Source: an uncultured candidatus Porisulfidus sp.
GTDB lineage: Bacteria; Pseudomonadota; Gammaproteobacteria; Poriferisulfidales; Oxydemutatoraceae
Assembly: GCA_965215125.1 (NCBI GenBank)
Contig: OZ244052.1
Coordinates: 2,048,001-2,112,000, forward strand
Direction of reading: 5' to 3'
Length of the DNA: 64,000 nt
Shown: positions 61,781 to 64,000 of the stretch, in pieces
Numbering within the stretch: the stretch's first letter is position 1
How the letters are laid out: each line of letters starts with the position of its first letter
The notes under the pieces: model-generated
The model's input: only the letters and a program-made list of their open reading frames with translations
What the model was told of the DNA's origin: nothing
Databases searched by the model: none
Program-made: the position numbers and the translations under genes

Positions 61781-64000
61781 ATGAAATTATCGGATAATTT
61801 TTTACACATTATTATCGTCTCGTTTATGCTGTTCACAGGTGAGGCATTTTCCCAAGTTGGAGTTCGCGACAACGACCCTCGCGTATCCATCGTCTCGTCT
61901 TCTGTCGGAGGAGTCTACAAAGGCGATACCATACGATACACGATAAAGCTCAATGCCGTCACGAATCGCAACACTTCGGTTACTTTAGATATTAGGGAGA
62001 GCGGTAGTAGCGATCTCATAGACTCGCGATACGAAGGCATTAGGACAGTCGTCATTCCTGCCGGTAGTACCCGGACTACTCAAACAATCCCTACCAATAA
62101 TATCAGTCCCGGCAACAGGTTGGTTTTTAGTCGCGTTGATCTGCGCATAGCCGACCCGGAGGGAAGGGCGGTATATTCCATTGGTGAACCTGCTAGGCTA
62201 TCGCTTGCCATCGTCGACTCCGAGTGCGGTCACGCCGTCGATGCCGACATAGACGATGACGGCTTAATAGAAATTTGCGACTTAGAGGACTTGAATGCGA
62301 TCCGATATTCCCTAGACGGTAGCGGATACAGAGCGAACCGTACTGCGCCACTATTAAATCGGGGTTGCGACGAAGACGGCGACAACGGTGGCGTTTGCAG
62401 AGGCTACGAGCTCACAAGGAGTTTAGATTTTAACAAAGCAAGTAGCTATCGCTCGGGCCGCATAAACCGTGCATGGAGCGAAGACCTCGGCTGGCAACCG
62501 ATCGGAACAATTTCGGAATCCTTCTCGGGATATTTTGAGGCGAACGGTTTCTCGATTTCCAATCTCTATATCGACCGTCCGATCAAAACCGTCGGTTTAT
62601 TCCGGAGTATTGCGCCGTCGGCAACAATCAATGCGCTGACATTACTGCGCGTCGATGTCGAAGGTAGATCGGAGGTCGGTAGCTTGGTTGCCGTCAACGA
62701 AGGCATAGTTAGCAATATTAATGTAGTGAACGGTCGTGTAATCGGCACCATCGGCACCGTCGGTGGTTTGATCGGTGTCAACAAAGGCACCGTATTAACC
62801 ACGAATGTATTGTTGGACACGGTCGCCGGTGGTGTCTTTGAAAGACATTGTCGCAATAACCGAAGATCGAACGAATGTGCCGAGGCGGAGCAAGTTGAGA
62901 CGGTCCGAGACGGCGATACGGTTGGTGGTTTGATCGGCGATAACGACGGCGATGTAAGCGATAATTTTGTCTCCACCGATGTGCGGGGTGCGGAGCGTCT
63001 CGGTGGTTTGGTCGGTTTTAATTCCGGCCGCCTATTCGGTGGCAACGATGCCAGAGGCACCGTACGCGGCAACGGCTACGCAGGTGGATTGGTCGGTTAC
63101 ACTTTAAGTTCTATCACCGCCAATAAATCGAATGCCGATGTGACGGTAATCGGGAACTACGCAGGCGGTTTAGTCGGCTATGCGTGTTCACGCAAAATCA
63201 ATGCCCGAGAATGTATATCATCAAGAGGATTTATAGACCCCGCTCCGCAAACCCGTATCTCCGGTAGTTCGGCAAGTGGCAATGTCAACGGCGTTGAATA
63301 CATCGGCGGTTTGGTCGGGTTTAGTATCGCTAACACGATTGAAGAGAGTTATGCGAGTGGCGATATAGAGGGCAGTCACAATATAGGTGGTTTGGTCGGC
63401 AGTGCCGAGGACACCGCAATTGAAGAAAGTTATGCAAGCGGTGATATAGAAGGCAGTTATAACATAGGTGGTTTGGTCGGCAGTGCCGAGGATTCTGCAA
63501 TTGAAGAGAGTTATGCGATAGGTAATGTGCACGGTACCGCTTATAGCGTAGGCGGATTAGCCGGTTATATTTCCGGAGGCAATATTACTTTTAGCTATGC
63601 AACGGGTTCGGTTCTAGGAGACAATAGTACCGACCCCGACATAGACAACGATGTGAACAACGTCGGTGGTTTGATCGGCAGAGACGACCGAGCAAGGATC
63701 AGCAAAAGCTATGCCGACAACCCGCAAGTTTCCGGTGCCGATAAAGTGGGTGGTTTGATCGGTATTAAATTCGAGGGGTCGGTCAATGTCGCTTACGCGC
63801 GAAGCCCGGTACAGGGCATTAGTAGAGTCGGCGGATTGATCGGTGATAACAGCGGTTCCGTTGCCTTCGCTTATGCGAGCGGTAAACTGACGGCGAGCGG
63901 CGGCGATGTCGGTGGTTTAATCGGCTATATACCTCAAGGCAGAACCGGAATCGTCACCGATAGTTATTGGGATACCACCGAAACCGGCAGCGGATCCAGC
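61781..64000 (+). CDS. Large secreted/surface protein with GLUG-motif repeats (continues beyond window)
   Basis: Manual translation from MKLSDNFLHIIIVSFMLFTGEAFSQ (signal peptide); DIDDDGLIEICDLEDLNAIRY, GYELTRSLDF, GWQPIG, many GGLVG/SYA.G repeats including 84-bp tandem units at ~63300-63510. Confidence 0.85.
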   Translation, partial: MKLSDNFLHIIIVSFMLFTGEAFSQVGVRDNDPRVSIVSSSVGGVYKGDTIRYTIKLNAVTNRNTSVTLDIRESGSSDLIDSRYEGIRTVVIPAGSTRTTQTIPTNNISPGNRLVFSRVDLRIADPEGRAVYSIGEPARLSLAIVDSECGHAVDADIDDDGLIEICDLEDLNAIRYSLDGSGYRANRTAPLLNRGCDEDGDNGGVCRGYELTRSLDFNKASSYRSGRINRAWSEDLGWQPIGTISESFSGYFEANGFSISNLYIDRPIKTVGLFRSIAPSATINALTLLRVDVEGRSEVGSLVAVNEGIVSNINVVNGRVIGTIGTVGGLIGVNKGTVLTTNVLLDTVAGGVFERHCRNNRRSNECAEAEQVETVRDGDTVGGLIGDNDGDVSDNFVSTDVRGAERLGGLVGFNSGRLFGGNDARGTVRGNGYAGGLVGYTLSSITANKSNADVTVIGNYAGGLVGYACSRKINARECISSRGFIDPAPQTRISGSSASGNVNGVEYIGGLVGFSIANTIEESYASGDIEGSHNIGGLVGSAEDTAIEESYASGDIEGSYNIGGLVGSAEDSAIEESYAIGNVHGTAYSVGGLAGYISGGNITFSYATGSVLGDNSTDPDIDNDVNNVGGLIGRDDRARISKSYADNPQVSGADKVGGLIGIKFEGSVNVAYARSPVQGISRVGGLIGDNSGSVAFAYASGKLTASGGDVGGLIGYIPQGRTGIVTDSYWDTTETGSGSS

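Noticed and set aside
63300-63510. 84-bp tandem repeats as a non-coding array
   Set aside because: They are in-frame 28-aa GLUG-type protein repeats.

Overview
Chromosomal window from a gammaproteobacterium-like genome. The housekeeping backbone is aceA, alaS-trpF//trpBA-accD-folC-dedD-cvpA-purF, lpxH-ppiB, hemA-prfA-prmC, ilvH-ilvC-pssA, Moco genes, surE-pcm-yqaA-nlpD, alaC-hom-thrC, hpf-ptsN-hprK-rapZ-PTS-mgtE, tkt-gap-pgk-pyk-fba and tRNA-Leu(CAA). Small accessory inserts interrupt it throughout: a Mu-like prophage remnant splitting trpF from trpB, four restriction-modification loci (mostly with decayed endonucleases, one EcoRV-like and flanked by a ~200-bp target duplication), an AAA ATPase, an Rpn nuclease, IS3 debris, a frameshifted sulfotransferase and the start of a giant GLUG-repeat surface protein. 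This gene mix suggests a host-associated (e.g. sponge-type) symbiont, which is inference only. A modular family of palindromic REP/MITE-like repeats occurs at about a dozen intergenic sites and in several places supplies the stop codon of the neighbouring gene. The best candidate for a new system is an intact MuF-PBECR nuclease toxin gene with no protein immunity gene, faced by a convergent ~100-nt structured (possibly pseudoknotted) RNA with its own predicted promoter. All assignments come from reading motifs by eye; no searches were run.
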